Source: an uncultured Alphaproteobacteria bacterium
GTDB lineage: Bacteria > Pseudomonadota > Alphaproteobacteria > Rhizobiales > Hyphomicrobiaceae
Direction of reading: 5' to 3'
Assembly: GCA_963831175.1 (NCBI GenBank)
Contig: CAWHOZ010000006.1
Coordinates: 15,833 to 79,832 of the forward strand
DNA length: 64,000 nt
Below the pieces are notes generated by a model. That model was not told the DNA's origin and did no database searches. It saw nothing but the letters and a program-made list of their open reading frames with translations. This document shows, in pieces, positions 1 to 10,349 of the stretch. A program made the translations under genes and the position numbers. How positions within the stretch are numbered: the stretch's first letter is position 1; each line of letters opens with the position of its first letter.

Positions 1-423
1 AAGGACGAGCCCGTCTACGCGCGCCTCGACGCCATGCTGTCGGCGGTCGTGAAAGAGTCCGGCGGCAGCTACGTGAAGAACCCGCTGGCCGGCACGGTCA
101 TGGGCCATCAGCCGGCGACGGCGCATCCCCTCGGCGGTGCCGGTATGGGCCGCGAGCGGGGCGACGGCGTCGTCAATCACAAGGGTCAGGTATTCGATGC
201 CGGGCCAGGGCGCGGCTCGACGGCCGTGCACGAAGGCCTCTATGTCGTCGATGGCGCCGTAATCCCCCGCTCGATTGGCGTCAATCCGCTGCTCACGATC
301 ACGGCGCTGGCCGAGCGCACATTGCTGCACATGGCGCAGGACAACGGCCTCGCGTTTGACGCCGCACCGCTTTCGGGCATACGCGCCACGCCGCAAGATC
401 TCAGCCCCTTCCTCGCCGCGTAG
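1..423 (+). CDS. GMC-family oxidoreductase (cholesterol oxidase-like), C-terminal part; gene begins before the window
   Basis: Frame open from base 1; motifs TAHPLGG, GLYVVDGAVIP and GVNPLLTITALAER are typical of the GMC C-terminal domain. Confidence 0.85.
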   Translation, partial: KDEPVYARLDAMLSAVVKESGGSYVKNPLAGTVMGHQPATAHPLGGAGMGRERGDGVVNHKGQVFDAGPGRGSTAVHEGLYVVDGAVIPRSIGVNPLLTITALAERTLLHMAQDNGLAFDAAPLSGIRATPQDLSPFLAA

Positions 424-470
424 TAGATGTCAGGCCCCAAGGCCTGACACCAACGTCCTCGCCTGCAGGC

Positions 471-1676
471 TCACGCGGTCTTCTTGTAGCGCGCGGCGTC
501 CTCCGAGCCCTTGGTCGCGTCGCCGGCGGTGTAGGAGTGCGCGCCGACCCCGGCCAGCTTGCCCTTGTCGACGATCAGGTACTCGGTGCGGATCGGCTTG
601 TTGGCGAAGTAGCTCTCGAGGATCTCGCGTGTGCCGGCCGCGTAACGCGCCTGCGCGGACAGTGACGAGCCTGAGATGTGCGGTGTCATGCCGTGATGTG
701 GCATCGTCCGCCACGGATGGTCCTTGGGCGCCGGTTGCGGGAACCACACATCGCCCGCATACCCCGCGAGCTGCCCGCTTTCGAGGGCGCGCACGATGGC
801 GTCGCGGTCGCAGATCTTGCCGCGCGCCGTGTTCACGATGTAGGAGCCCCGCTTCATCTTGGAGATGAGCTTGTCGTTGAACATGTGCTCGGTCTCGGGA
901 TGAAGCGGCGTGTTGATTGTCACCACGTCGCAAACCTTGACCAGCGATTCAACATCGGGGTGGAATGTCAGGCCAAGCTCCTGCTCCACCTCCTTTGGGA
1001 GGCGGTGCTTGTCATAGTAGTGCAGCTTGACGTCGAACGGCTTCAGGCGCCTGAGCGCGGCAAGGCCGATGCGGCCTGCGGCTACGGTGCCGATATTCAT
1101 CCCTTCGAGGTCGTAAGAGCGCTCGACGCAGTCGGCGATGTTCCAGCCGCCTCTCACCACCCAGCCGTACGAGGGGATGTAGTTGCGCACCAGCGCCAGG
1201 ATCATCATGACAATGTGCTCCGAGACGCTGATCGAGTTGCAGTAGGTCACCTCCGCAACGGTCACGCCCTTGTCCATGGCGGCCTGCAGGTCGGTGTGAT
1301 CGGAGCCGATGCCGGCAGTGATGATCAGCTTGAGCTTCTTAGCCTTCTCGAAGCGCTCCTTAGTCATGTAGGCCGGCCAGAACGGCTGCGAGATGACGAT
1401 CTCGGCGTCGGGCAGCTCGCGCTCGAACACGGAGTTCGGGCCGTCTTTGTCGGAGGTGACGACGAGGGTGTGCCCCTGGCTCTCGAGGAACTTGCGCAGG
1501 CCCAATTCGCCAGAGACGCTGCCGAGCAGCGCGCCGGGTTTGAAGTCGATGGCCTTGGGCGTCGGGAGCGTCTGACCGCCTGGATAATGGTCGAGCTTGG
1601 GAATGTCGTCGCGGGCGTACGTCTTGGGGTAGCCGTCGACCGGATCGTCGTAGAGAACGCAAAGTACCTTGGCCAT
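471..1676 (-). CDS. fdh: NAD-dependent formate dehydrogenase
   Basis: 401 aa; MAKVLCVLYDDP start, ISQPFWPAY, AGIGSDH, AAGRIG, GDVWFPQPAP and TPHISG match the Pseudomonas-type metal-independent FDH; GGAGG RBS. Confidence 0.96.
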   Translation of the reverse strand: MAKVLCVLYDDPVDGYPKTYARDDIPKLDHYPGGQTLPTPKAIDFKPGALLGSVSGELGLRKFLESQGHTLVVTSDKDGPNSVFERELPDAEIVISQPFWPAYMTKERFEKAKKLKLIITAGIGSDHTDLQAAMDKGVTVAEVTYCNSISVSEHIVMMILALVRNYIPSYGWVVRGGWNIADCVERSYDLEGMNIGTVAAGRIGLAALRRLKPFDVKLHYYDKHRLPKEVEQELGLTFHPDVESLVKVCDVVTINTPLHPETEHMFNDKLISKMKRGSYIVNTARGKICDRDAIVRALESGQLAGYAGDVWFPQPAPKDHPWRTMPHHGMTPHISGSSLSAQARYAAGTREILESYFANKPIRTEYLIVDKGKLAGVGAHSYTAGDATKGSEDAARYKKTA

Positions 1677-1931
1677 GAGTGTTTTCCTCCGTGTTCAGGG
1701 GATCGTGAGGAAACGTCTCGGATGCTGGCGGTCAGTCTCCGTTAGGGGCTTGGTGCGCTTGCTGGCCCGAGAACGAGTAGGGGCTGGCTTGAGGCGTTTC
1801 CGCTGCCGGCGGCGGCTTGAACGACCGGGACGCGGCAAGGCAGGCTCTGCCTGCCGTAAGAAGTAGTCAAATCGTTTCGGCAAACAAGATCATTAGTGCC
1901 AGCTCTAATCGCCGAAAATTGTCTCGGTTAG

Positions 1932-2837
1932 TTACGCAGCGCCCTCCGTAAGAACGCAAGCTGCTCGCTGACTCGAGCGCTCGAACCATTCGCCGCGATA
2001 TATCTCGAAATGGCCGATCGGTAATGTCACGAGTTGCGCCTTGTCGCCCATGCGTTCCGCCGCCTCTGCCGCCGCCTCGGTCGACACGACGGTGTCGTGC
2101 TCGCAGGCGATGAGCAGTGTCGGACAATCGACCTCGCGCGCGTAGCGGATCGGCCGGTAGAATGGCAGCCGCAAGAAAAGGCGCGCGGCGACCTCATTGC
2201 GCCAGCCCGGCGGCACGATGGCCATGAGACCGTCGTAAGCGTCCGGCGTCGGCATGGCGGCCAGCTCGCCCGGCGGCGCAACGAGCGGGATGTAGTAAGG
2301 GGACAGACCAAACGCGGCGCGCGCGGTGTCCAGCAGCGAAGCCGCAGCGAGTCGGGCGATTTTGCCGAACCCCACTTGCTTGCGAACCTTGCGGGCGCTC
2401 GCGTGTCCGTCGAGCATCGGACATTGCGCGGAAACGGCGGCGATGCGCTTGTCGCGCGCCGCCGCAACGATCACGTGTCCGCCCGACAGCGAGCAGCCCC
2501 AGAGGCCGATACGCTCGGGATCGACGCCCGGCATCGCGCGTGCGAACGCGATGGCAGACTTCCAGTCTTCGAGCTGGCGCGGGATGGAGATGAGCTGGCG
2601 CGGCTCGCCGTCACTGTCGCCGAGATAGCGGTAGTCGAACAGCACCACGTAGAAACCGGCGGCGGCGAAGCGCTCGGCGTAGGGTTCGAGCGAAGCATTG
2701 CGCGTGCCGCTAAGGCCGTGCGCCATGACGATGCACGGCGCGGGCCGCTGCACGCTGTCGCCCGGCACGTAGGCCCAGGCACGACAGGTCACGCCGCCGC
2801 TCAAGAATGCGACTTCCCGGCGAAGTGCAGAGGTCAT
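1932..2837 (-). CDS. Alpha/beta hydrolase
   Basis: VMAHGL, FDYR, GDSDGEPRQ, GLWGCSLSGGH nucleophile elbow and GHF; start taken at MTSALRR; the extreme C-terminus may be frameshifted. Confidence 0.85.
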   Translation of the reverse strand: MTSALRREVAFLSGGVTCRAWAYVPGDSVQRPAPCIVMAHGLSGTRNASLEPYAERFAAAGFYVVLFDYRYLGDSDGEPRQLISIPRQLEDWKSAIAFARAMPGVDPERIGLWGCSLSGGHVIVAAARDKRIAAVSAQCPMLDGHASARKVRKQVGFGKIARLAAASLLDTARAAFGLSPYYIPLVAPPGELAAMPTPDAYDGLMAIVPPGWRNEVAARLFLRLPFYRPIRYAREVDCPTLLIACEHDTVVSTEAAAEAAERMGDKAQLVTLPIGHFEIYRGEWFERSSQRAACVLTEGAA

Positions 2838-3020
2838 GCGTCCCTCAGGCGGGCGTGGCGGCCAGCTCGTGTCGTGCTGTCTACGTTGGTGACGGCTCAT
2901 GGGTTACGTTCTGGACGTTGAAATGGGCACTATGGTGGCCGCGATCCTCGCCGCGGTTCCTTAAAGAACAGCGCGCTGCGAACGTCGTTTTGAATGCTTC
3001 GGCTAGCCGGTCGCCTGGCG

Positions 3021-3452
3021 TCAGTGGACGCCGGGCATGGGTTTACGCACGCGCAAGAGATTGACTGGTTTGGCGGGCGGGCGAGCGGGCGTTGCCGGCG
3101 TTTGACCTGCGGCTTGCGTTGAATTGCTCGCGCCGCGCAGCGACCACCAGGTGCGTGTTCGGCGGCATCTGCGCCTCGCGATTGGCTTCCAGGAAGGCGA
3201 GCACGGCTCGCACGTGGCCGACGAACTCCGTGCGGCTGAATATCGCCGCCGGATCGCCGACAGCGTCAGCTTGCGCCAGCGGCCCGAACCAGGCGCCCGG
3301 AAGCTGATCGATCCAGCGGTTTGCAGCCTCGACCTTCCAGAAGGTGCGTCGTCGCTCTTCTGCGCTTCCTCGAGCGACACCCGCAGCGCCGCTATCACCG
3401 CCTCGACTTCGGCTGCCATTGCGCCCTCCGCACGCTTACTGTCCGGCGCCAT
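3021..3452 (-). CDS. Hypothetical protein, probably frameshifted
   Basis: Plausible N-terminus (MAAEVEAVIAALRVSLEEAQ) continues in another frame as FWKVEAANRWIDQLPGAW...EFVGHVRAVLAFLEAN; no family recognised. Confidence 0.4.
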   Translation of the reverse strand: MAPDSKRAEGAMAAEVEAVIAALRVSLEEAQKSDDAPSGRSRLQTAGSISFRAPGSGRWRKLTLSAIRRRYSAARSSSATCEPCSPSWKPIARRRCRRTRTWWSLRGASNSTQAAGQTPATPARPPAKPVNLLRVRKPMPGVH

Positions 3453-3519
3453 TTTAGCGGCTTTCCGGCGCCGGTACACGCCCCCAGCTACAGCGGGTAG
3501 AGGGCGGTGCACAGACTAT

Positions 3520-3544
3520 TTGACAAGAGTGTTTGCATATGCAA
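3520..3544 (+). promoter_or_regulatory. -35 element TTGACA and palindromic operator TTGCATATGCAA upstream of marR
   Basis: TTGACA at 3520-3525; perfect 12-bp palindrome at 3533-3544 in the promoter spacer. Confidence 0.7.
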
Positions 3545-3569
3545 TAAACGCGACAGGAGAAGGCTGGTC

Positions 3570-4007
3570 ATGTCCAAGCGCGACGTCGTCGACGAAATTT
3601 CTTGCAGCTGTCTGCTCTCGGCCTCGCGCAGGCTTGGGCGTGTCGTTACGTCGATCTTCGAGGAGGAGCTGCGGCCGTTCCGCATCAAGGCTAGCCAATT
3701 TGGCTTGCTGGTCGTTGTCGCCAAGGCCGGCCCCGTGCGGCGCACGGACATCGGACGCTATACCGACCTAGATCCATCGACGCTAACTCGCAACCTCGCG
3801 GTTATGGCCTCGAACGGCTGGATCGAGGAGGTCATCGAAGGCGACGACGGCCGCGGAGATCCCGTGCGCATTACGGCCAAAGGTCGCCACCTCATCGATA
3901 GCGTGACGCCCGGCTGGAAGAAGGCGCAGCAGCGCGCGCGCAAGTTCCTCGGCGAAGAACGCGCCGCATCCCTCATCTCTCTCTTTCAAACGCCCGTGCC
4001 CGGCTAA
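3570..4007 (+). CDS. MarR-family transcriptional regulator
   Basis: 145 aa; CSCLLSASRRLGR, SQFGLL, LDPSTLTRNL..GWI and D.R...VRITAKG winged-helix pattern; AGGAG RBS. Confidence 0.92.
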   Translation: MSKRDVVDEISCSCLLSASRRLGRVVTSIFEEELRPFRIKASQFGLLVVVAKAGPVRRTDIGRYTDLDPSTLTRNLAVMASNGWIEEVIEGDDGRGDPVRITAKGRHLIDSVTPGWKKAQQRARKFLGEERAASLISLFQTPVPG

Positions 4008-4046
4008 ACCGGGACGACGACAACTTCGAACGATCTCGACCATTTA

Positions 4047-4058
4047 TTTGCATATGCA
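4047..4058 (+). promoter_or_regulatory. Second copy of the candidate MarR operator (TTTGCATATGCA)
   Basis: Identical to 3532-3543; lies about 30 bp upstream of the hydrolase start. Confidence 0.7.
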
Positions 4059-4090
4059 GAGACATCGTAGGCACATAAGGAGTACGAACC

Positions 4091-4938
4091 ATGTTGAGCT
4101 CAGTCCCCACCACCCCGACGCTTCTCAAGCTCTCCGACAAGCTGAGCTTGCGCTATCAGAAGACGGGAGACGGCCCGCCCCTCGTGCTGATGCACACGAT
4201 CAGGACGCAGCTCGAATATTTCCGTTACCTGGCGCCGCTGCTCGCCGACAGCTTCACCGTCTACGCCGTCGACCTACCCGGTCACGGGCATTCCCCCATC
4301 GATCCCGCGGCGCCCTACGATGAGCCGTATCTCCGACAAGGCATCGTTCAGTTCATCGAGCGGCTCGACTTGCGCGATGTGACGCTGGTCGGTGAGTCGA
4401 TCGGGGCGGTGCTGGCGCTGACCGTCGCTGCTGCCATCCCTCAGCGCATCAGGAGCGTCTTCGCGCTCAACACCTACGACTACGAGACGCGCTACGCGGA
4501 CGGCCTCCGCCGCGGCAATCTGTTCGCCAATGTGATCGTGGGCAGCTTGCAGATCCCCATCATCGGCCCGATCAACGCGTCGCTCGAGAACAGGATCGTG
4601 CTGCGCAAGATCATGGGCGGCGGCTATCACGATCCGCGCAAGCTGCCACAGGATCTGGTGACAGAGTTCGACGGAGTCGCGCACCGTCCCGGCTATCGCA
4701 CTATGGCGGGCAAGGTGCTGTCGGGCTGGAGATCATGGGCGAAGGCGCGCGACGGTACGCGAGCATTGGCGCGCCGGTGACGCTGATCTATGGCGATGAC
4801 GACTGGTCGCGCGTTCCCGAGCGCGAGCGCACGCGGGACCTAATCCGCGGCGCGCGCATGATGACGCTCAAGGACACCGGCCATTTCTCGGCTGTCGAGA
4901 GCCCCCACAAGGTCGCGAGCATCATCCTGGGGTCCTAG
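4091..4938 (+). CDS. Alpha/beta hydrolase (frameshift near 4750)
   Basis: GDGPPLVLMH, VDLPGHGHS and GESIG in ORF 4091-4780; PVTLIYGDDD and TGHF in ORF 4735-4938. Confidence 0.88.
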
Positions 4939-4980
4939 GGGTCAGCAGCCCTCGCCGGCTGTTGCGTGGGCCGCTAAGCC

Positions 4981-5611
4981 TTAGTCACTGGTCACCGCGA
5001 TGTTTGTGCCGCCGTCATCGGCAGGCGTGAACAGGACGTTCAGCTCATAGACCTTGTCGCACGCCTGCACCGACCAGCGTTCTTTCCACATCCCGCCGCC
5101 CTGCGGCGGTTTCTCGACCACTTCCGTATCGATGATGGCCGACTCCGAGCAGGGCGTCTCGCTTTTTGTCATGGCTGCAGTCTTGACGAGGTTGCCGGCG
5201 TCGATCTGCAGATTGGGGTCGGCGAGGGTGGCGCCAGGCGCCATCGGCACGGCGGTGATCTCGCCGTCCTTCAGCAGCATGAGGATGGCGCGACGCAGTT
5301 TCTCTTTGCAGTCGACTTCGTAGCGCTCGAGCCAAATTATGTCGGTCGGGTCGGCAGAGAAGGGATAGAGATCGCGTAGCACGAACTCGGGGTCCGCCGG
5401 GCATTCGTGCGCCGCGACGATGCTGCCCTTGATGATCGTCGTGCGGGCCTCCGTGAACTCGTCGGAGAAGGCGCGGTTGGCGACCTCCTCACCGTAGGCC
5501 TGCGGTCAGCTCGTCCGGGTTCGCCTCGATGTAGTCGGGCGCTGCTGATGCGCCGGTGAGGACAAGCGCCATGAACGCCGGCGCCAAAGCGATGCGGCAA
5601 AGCCAATCCAT
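4981..5611 (-). CDS. Hypothetical exported protein (frameshift near 5500)
   Basis: Signal-peptide-like MDWLCRIALAPAFMALVLTGASAA joins ORF 4981-5382 after one indel; two W.ERY/W.ERW..C motifs. Confidence 0.6.
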
Positions 5612-5785
5612 TGCAATCTCCGCCCCGGGATGAAAACCCCCTCCAAACCAACACAAATTGCCACTGGGGTCGCTTCGCGGGCAATCGGATTCGCTGCGCG
5701 ATCCCTAAAGACCGGTTCCGCCTCGGGGTGCCAAGCGGCTATGATGGCGCGGGATGAATGCACTAAGGGGCGGCAGGGGGTATCG

Positions 5786-6199
5786 ATGCGAGGTCTGAGT
5801 TCAGCGGTTCTGGCGGCGGCGTTGCTCGCCATCAGCCCATGCGCCGACGCGCTTGGCGCGGACACGGTCGAGGATATTCATCGCCAATGCGGCGAGGAGT
5901 ACGCGGACCCCATCGCCGTCGCCAAATGCCTGCGCGCCGAGGAGAAGGACTACGGGAAGCGGCTCGCCACGACCTACCAGAAAGTGGTCGAGCTGCAGAC
6001 GCCGGACGCCAAGCAGGTTCTCGTCGAGGCACAGCGCGCCTGGCTCGAATACCAGGAGAAGGACTGCAAGTTTCACGAGCGCGTCTTGTCGTTCGAAGGC
6101 AGCGAGAACGGCAAGGCGGCCGCCGCTCTGTGCGAGCTGCGGACGACGATGCAGCGGCTGGCCGAGCTCGAAGCCTTGCTGCCGAATCTCGAGCACTAA
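5786..6199 (+). CDS. DUF1311 / LprI-family lysozyme-inhibitor-like exported protein
   Basis: Signal peptide; C..C, L...Y, LVEAQRAWLEYQEKDC and C....T.QRL.EL pattern. Confidence 0.85.
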   Translation: MRGLSSAVLAAALLAISPCADALGADTVEDIHRQCGEEYADPIAVAKCLRAEEKDYGKRLATTYQKVVELQTPDAKQVLVEAQRAWLEYQEKDCKFHERVLSFEGSENGKAAAALCELRTTMQRLAELEALLPNLEH

Positions 6200-6269
6200 A
6201 TCGTACTGCGTGTCAGGGTAGTTGGTCGGCGCCTTGGTAGCCGAACCGCCAGGTCTCCATGACGTCTGC

Positions 6270-6620
6270 TCAAATCGCAATCCCCAGCTTGGGCAATAGC
6301 CAGAACGCAGCAGCGTACAGCGCCATCGTAACGACGCACGCAAGACCGAGCGCCAGCCAGAAGGCGATTCCATGACGAAGCATCGCGGGCAGCATGAGGA
6401 ACAGCGGCAAACTCGGCAGCACGAACCAGAACGTCGCCTGCGACAGGACGGCGATACGCTCGATGTCGGCAGTATCTCGCCAGAGCCAAATCATTGCGAG
6501 GATGGAGACCAATGGCAGCGACGCGACCAGTCCGCCAATGCCAGGGCTGCGCCTGGCAATCTCCGACACCAGCATCACGATCAAACCGGACAGCGCGGCT
6601 TTTAAGATCAGATAGGTCAC
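6270..6620 (-). CDS. DUF3147-family membrane protein
   Basis: KAALSG..V..VSEIARRSP..GGLVASLPLVS and FWFVLPSLP; GTG start with GGAGG RBS. Confidence 0.85.
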   Translation of the reverse strand: MTYLILKAALSGLIVMLVSEIARRSPGIGGLVASLPLVSILAMIWLWRDTADIERIAVLSQATFWFVLPSLPLFLMLPAMLRHGIAFWLALGLACVVTMALYAAAFWLLPKLGIAI

Positions 6621-6728
6621 GGGTGTCCTCCGCACTCTGATGAGGTACTACGCGATGTCCATCCGAGCTATGTCAACCTGACCCGCCAACGGTCGCGGTC
6701 CTCCTACACTCGATGCCGAATGCGGCTT

Positions 6729-7459
6729 CTATTCGCCGAAACGCAGATTGAGGCCGGCGCGCACGATGCTCGCGCTCTCGTCAATATCGAGGAAGCCCTG
6801 GGGCAACCCCGCGATCTGAGGGGTGAGATGAATGTCTGCGGTGCCGAAGTCGTAGTAGTTGTATTCGACGAAGCCGGAGAGAAATCTGGTGAAAGCATAT
6901 TCACCGCCGGCACCGATGGTCCATCCCGACCGCGTGTCACTCGACGTGTAGGCTGTTCCGACGCATGATGGTCGAAGCCGAATAGTCGACGTCCCTCCCA
7001 GGCACCGCCGCGCCTTGACGTAGCCGAGGAAGCGATCCCAGGCGTAGCCGATACGCGCAGTGACCGAGGCCAGCGATTCGACGTCGCTATGATAAAAAAC
7101 TCCGGTCTCTCGCGCGCTGGCGTGGCTGCCATTGGCATTCGTCCAGCCATAGTCGCCCTGGACCCCGATCACAAAGCCGCCAGCAAATTGATAGTCGCAA
7201 CCGCCCTGCACGCCGCCGATCCAGCCATCCACATCGTGGCTGCCGAGCGACTGGCCGAAGAAAGCGCCGCCGGGGGTGCGCACGGTCCAGTTCTCACTGC
7301 GGTCCCACAGGCCGCCCGCGTGACCGCCTACATAGCAGCCGGTCCAGCCCCAAACCGGCGGCGATAGTTGCGAAGCGTTAGACGGTTCCCAAGTCGCCGG
7401 CGGTCTGCCGGAGTGGCCAGTGCAATCAAGGCGGCAGCTGCTAGACCATATTTCCGCAC
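6729..7459 (-). CDS. Omp25/Omp31 (RopB-like) outer-membrane beta-barrel protein, several frameshifts
   Basis: WTGCYVGGHAG, GGVQGGCDYQ, GWTIGAGGEY and VRAGLNLRF terminal strand; signal peptide VRKYGLAAAALIALATPA in another frame. Confidence 0.85.
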
Positions 7460-7590
7460 AGCCCACCTCCCGCGTGATGCTGATTCGCCAGCATCCGACG
7501 AGTGAGTGTGGAACTCTATGCCTTGGCAGCCACAGAGACGAGGATTTGGCTCCGAAGAGGCAATCCCGCGACATGCGCATCGGCGCTCGG

Positions 7591-8133
7591 TCAGCCTGCC
7601 GCGAGATCCAAGCGCTGCGATGACCCATCGGCCAGATAAAGACGGAACCACGCCGTAAAGCGTTCGGGCTTCGCCGCTGCCTCGGCCCGTACCGCGCGCA
7701 GCGGGCGCCAGGCATGCGCCTCTGCCTCGTCGGCATCGGGCGCTACGGCGCCACGCCAACATCCCAAAAACAGATGCACGAGCTCATGCTCGATCAAGCC
7801 GTCGCCGACATCGGCGCGATAGATGAGCGTGCGCAGCGGCGTCAGCTCGCAGGAGAATCCCATCTCCTCGGCGAGCCGACGCAACGCTGCCGCGTCGGTT
7901 GCCTCGCCGGGACGCGGATGGCCGCAGCAAGCATTCGTCCACAGACCGCCCGAGTGGTATTTGTCCGAGTGCCGCTTCTGTAGCAGCAGAATTCCCCTCG
8001 CCGTCATGGATGAGGACGGAGAAGGCGCGGTGCAAGTCGCCGCGCCGATGCGCCTCCAGCTTCGGCGCCGTGCCGAGCGGACGGTCATGCAGGTCGACGT
8101 AGCGTATTCACATCTCTCGAGTGCATCGTTCAT
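7591..8133 (-). CDS. idi: Isopentenyl-diphosphate delta-isomerase type 1 (frameshifted N-terminus)
   Basis: KLEAH...LHRAFS in an alternate frame; LLLQKR..KYHSGGLWTNACCGHP, RRLAEEMG and EHE. Confidence 0.92.
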   Translation of the reverse strand: MNDALERCEYATSTCMTVRSARRRSWRRIGAATCTAPSPSSSMTARGILLLQKRHSDKYHSGGLWTNACCGHPRPGEATDAAALRRLAEEMGFSCELTPLRTLIYRADVGDGLIEHELVHLFLGCWRGAVAPDADEAEAHAWRPLRAVRAEAAAKPERFTAWFRLYLADGSSQRLDLAAG

Positions 8134-8294
8134 GGCTATGCCGGTTGCTTCGTGGTGCGCGCATACATCTCAGCGCGTCTGCCGAACACGTGGTCGAGCA
8201 TCAGTTGCTTCACATCTGCCGCATCAATGGCGCCCTCGGGAAGCAACCCGGCTTCAGATGACATGACGACGGGCCCGCGCGCATAGGACGTATC

Positions 8295-8690
8295 GGCGCG
8301 CCCGTGTGAGCCGCGCACCAGCTAGGCATCGAGCGGAAGGACGTCATGAGGACACGCATGCCGAGCGCGAGCTTAACTAGGCGCCAATCGATGGGCAGCT
8401 CAGGAGCAGCATGCCGAATGGAGGAACAGGCCGACACGGGTCGTGGCCAGGCTTGCGGTGGATCTCGACGGTGCGGGCGAAGTCGGCGCGTGCGCGTCAT
8501 CGAGCCAGTAGTAGTAGGTGAACCACGCATCCGGCTGGGAAATCGCGATCAGCTCGCCCGACCTTTGGTGATCGAGCCCGTGGGCCTGCTTCTCGGCCTC
8601 TCCCCAGATCTCGGCGATGCCATCGATGCGTTCGAGCAGCTTTCGCACGCGCGCAATGTCGGTTCGGTCCACCACGTAGACAAAGACCGC
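8295..8690 (-). pseudogene. C-terminal remnant of an alkaline-phosphatase-superfamily (EboF-like) gene
   Basis: GLDHQRSGELIAIS..DAWFTYYYWLDD, DFARTVEIHRKPG.DP and PLDA*LVRGSHGR across frames; no N-terminus; in-frame TAG at 8322-8324. Confidence 0.7.
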
Positions 8691-8692
8691 AA

Positions 8693-9503
8693 TTAGATGA
8701 TGAGCTTCAGCGAACTTGCCGCCCTCGCTGTCGGTCGCCCGTACCTCCAGCGCGTCTCCGGACGTCGCGTCGTAGTTGAAGCGGATGTTCGGATCCTCCG
8801 AGATCGATATGCCGCCTTCCATGCGCAGCACGAGACCGCCCGGCGCGCGTCACCTCGACGAGGTTGATGAAGCGTGCCGGCGTGTAGCCGCGCGAGACGA
8901 TGTCCATCTGCATGCCGGTGAAGTTGGGGTGGCGTATCATAACGACGCCTTCGCGCCAGCTGCTCGCCGCGCGTCGCGTCGCGATAGTCTTCACCTGGAT
9001 GCGGCCGAGACTGGCGAGCGCCGCGTCGGCATCCTTCGAAGCGGGCGCCGAGCAGCCGCCGCGCCGCCATGACGAACTTGGTCGCCATATGCAGCTTGCC
9101 GTCGGCGGTCTCGAGCACGGCGCGAACCTTCGAGAAAGCATCGATGCGCACGCGCGTCATCAGCTTGCGCTCGCCGATGCTCGGACGATGCGTGAAAGCC
9201 GTCGCCGAAACGAAACGTTGCCGCCACCGGCGCCGGGTTGCGGTCGATGATGAGCGTCAACGACTTTGCTTGATTGGCTATGTTTGCCGGAATGTGCACG
9301 GCGATCGGCACCAGCGCGGCGTCCTCGGCCTGCTCGGGCGCATAGAGCGCCAGCGCGCCATCATTCTCGGCGATGGCGCGCCCCTCGAACACGCCGGCCT
9401 TGATGTCGGGCCACGGATCATCGGCGGCGTGCGCGGGAGCTAGCGGGAGTGCGAGAAGGAGAGCGAAGCAAACGGCGAGCGCATAAAACGGCGGCATGCG
9501 CAT
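8693..9503 (-). CDS. Quinoprotein-dehydrogenase-associated fused SoxYZ-like carrier, frameshifted
   Basis: Signal peptide; AEDAALVP, LIIDRNPAPVAA, TRVRID, GGCSAP, MIRHPNFTGMQMD and ISISEDPNIRF in successive frames; stop position uncertain. Confidence 0.88.
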
Positions 9504-9569
9504 TTCACGTCCTCCGGTTGGAGCCGCGGCGCCCGCTGTTCCATTTGATCGGGAATTGTTTCCCGAATT

Positions 9570-10203
9570 TCAGAGCTTGGGCGGCTCAATTTTCAATCCG
9601 TCGCGCAGGCTGAATGTCCCGTCAAACAGCCGCTTGTTGGGATCGGATTCCGCCGTCACGATATTGCGCACGGGAACGCCCAGCGTCTTGTCGACGTAGA
9701 CCGTCTGCACGTTCGGCGTATCGCCGGCGGCCGGGGCGGCGCTGCCCTCGGCTTTTCCGGCCGCGCGCTTGGCGCGATAGGCGGCATACGTCTTCCCCTC
9801 GAAGGTCACGTCGCCGAGGCACTCGAACTGCGATTAATCTTTTGGCGGCTCGGCCACCGTGTCCTTCATCTGCTTGGCAATCGTTGAGGCGAATTTCTCG
9901 GGCACCTCGGCCCAGCCGGCGTTGCCCTGATTGCTCCACGCTTTGCCGCCGACGAGGATCATCTCCATCGTGCCCGGGCCGCCAGAGCTCATCGAAACGG
10001 TTTGGTGCATCCTATCGGGGAGCACGTAGTCGTTGCTCATCGTCAGCGTGCCCTGCGGATTGGTGATCGTCGTCTCCATGCGGAAGGCGGCAGACTTGCG
10101 CAGCTTGGCGAACGCGTCGTTCACCTCGGAGGTGCAATCGGCGAGCGCGCTGCCGGCGGTGAGTGAGAGGACGGCGAGAGTCTGAAAAATATGGAGAGCG
10201 CAT
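9570..10203 (-). CDS. Hypothetical exported protein (possibly LolA/LppX-like fold), frameshifted
   Basis: Contiguous ORFs 10012-10203, 9834-10124 and 9570-9809 with coding-like codon usage; FRMETT, YVLPDRMHQ and VYVDKTLGVP. Confidence 0.6.
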
Positions 10204-10349
10204 GGGCTGTTACTGTCTTGTCCACGTTGGAGATGGCGCGCACGCTGGCACAGCCCACCCTGCCAGTCGTGGCAAACCCCATAGAAATTTTGGCATCGCC
10301 AGCGGTGCCGTGATGGGCGCCCAAACGGGGTACGCGTCTTTGCTGTTTG

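Noticed and set aside
1680-1930. Riboswitch in the long fdh leader
   Set aside because: There are small hairpins and an ATTAG-N8-CTAAT dyad, but no aptamer consensus I can recognise; an Rfam scan would be needed
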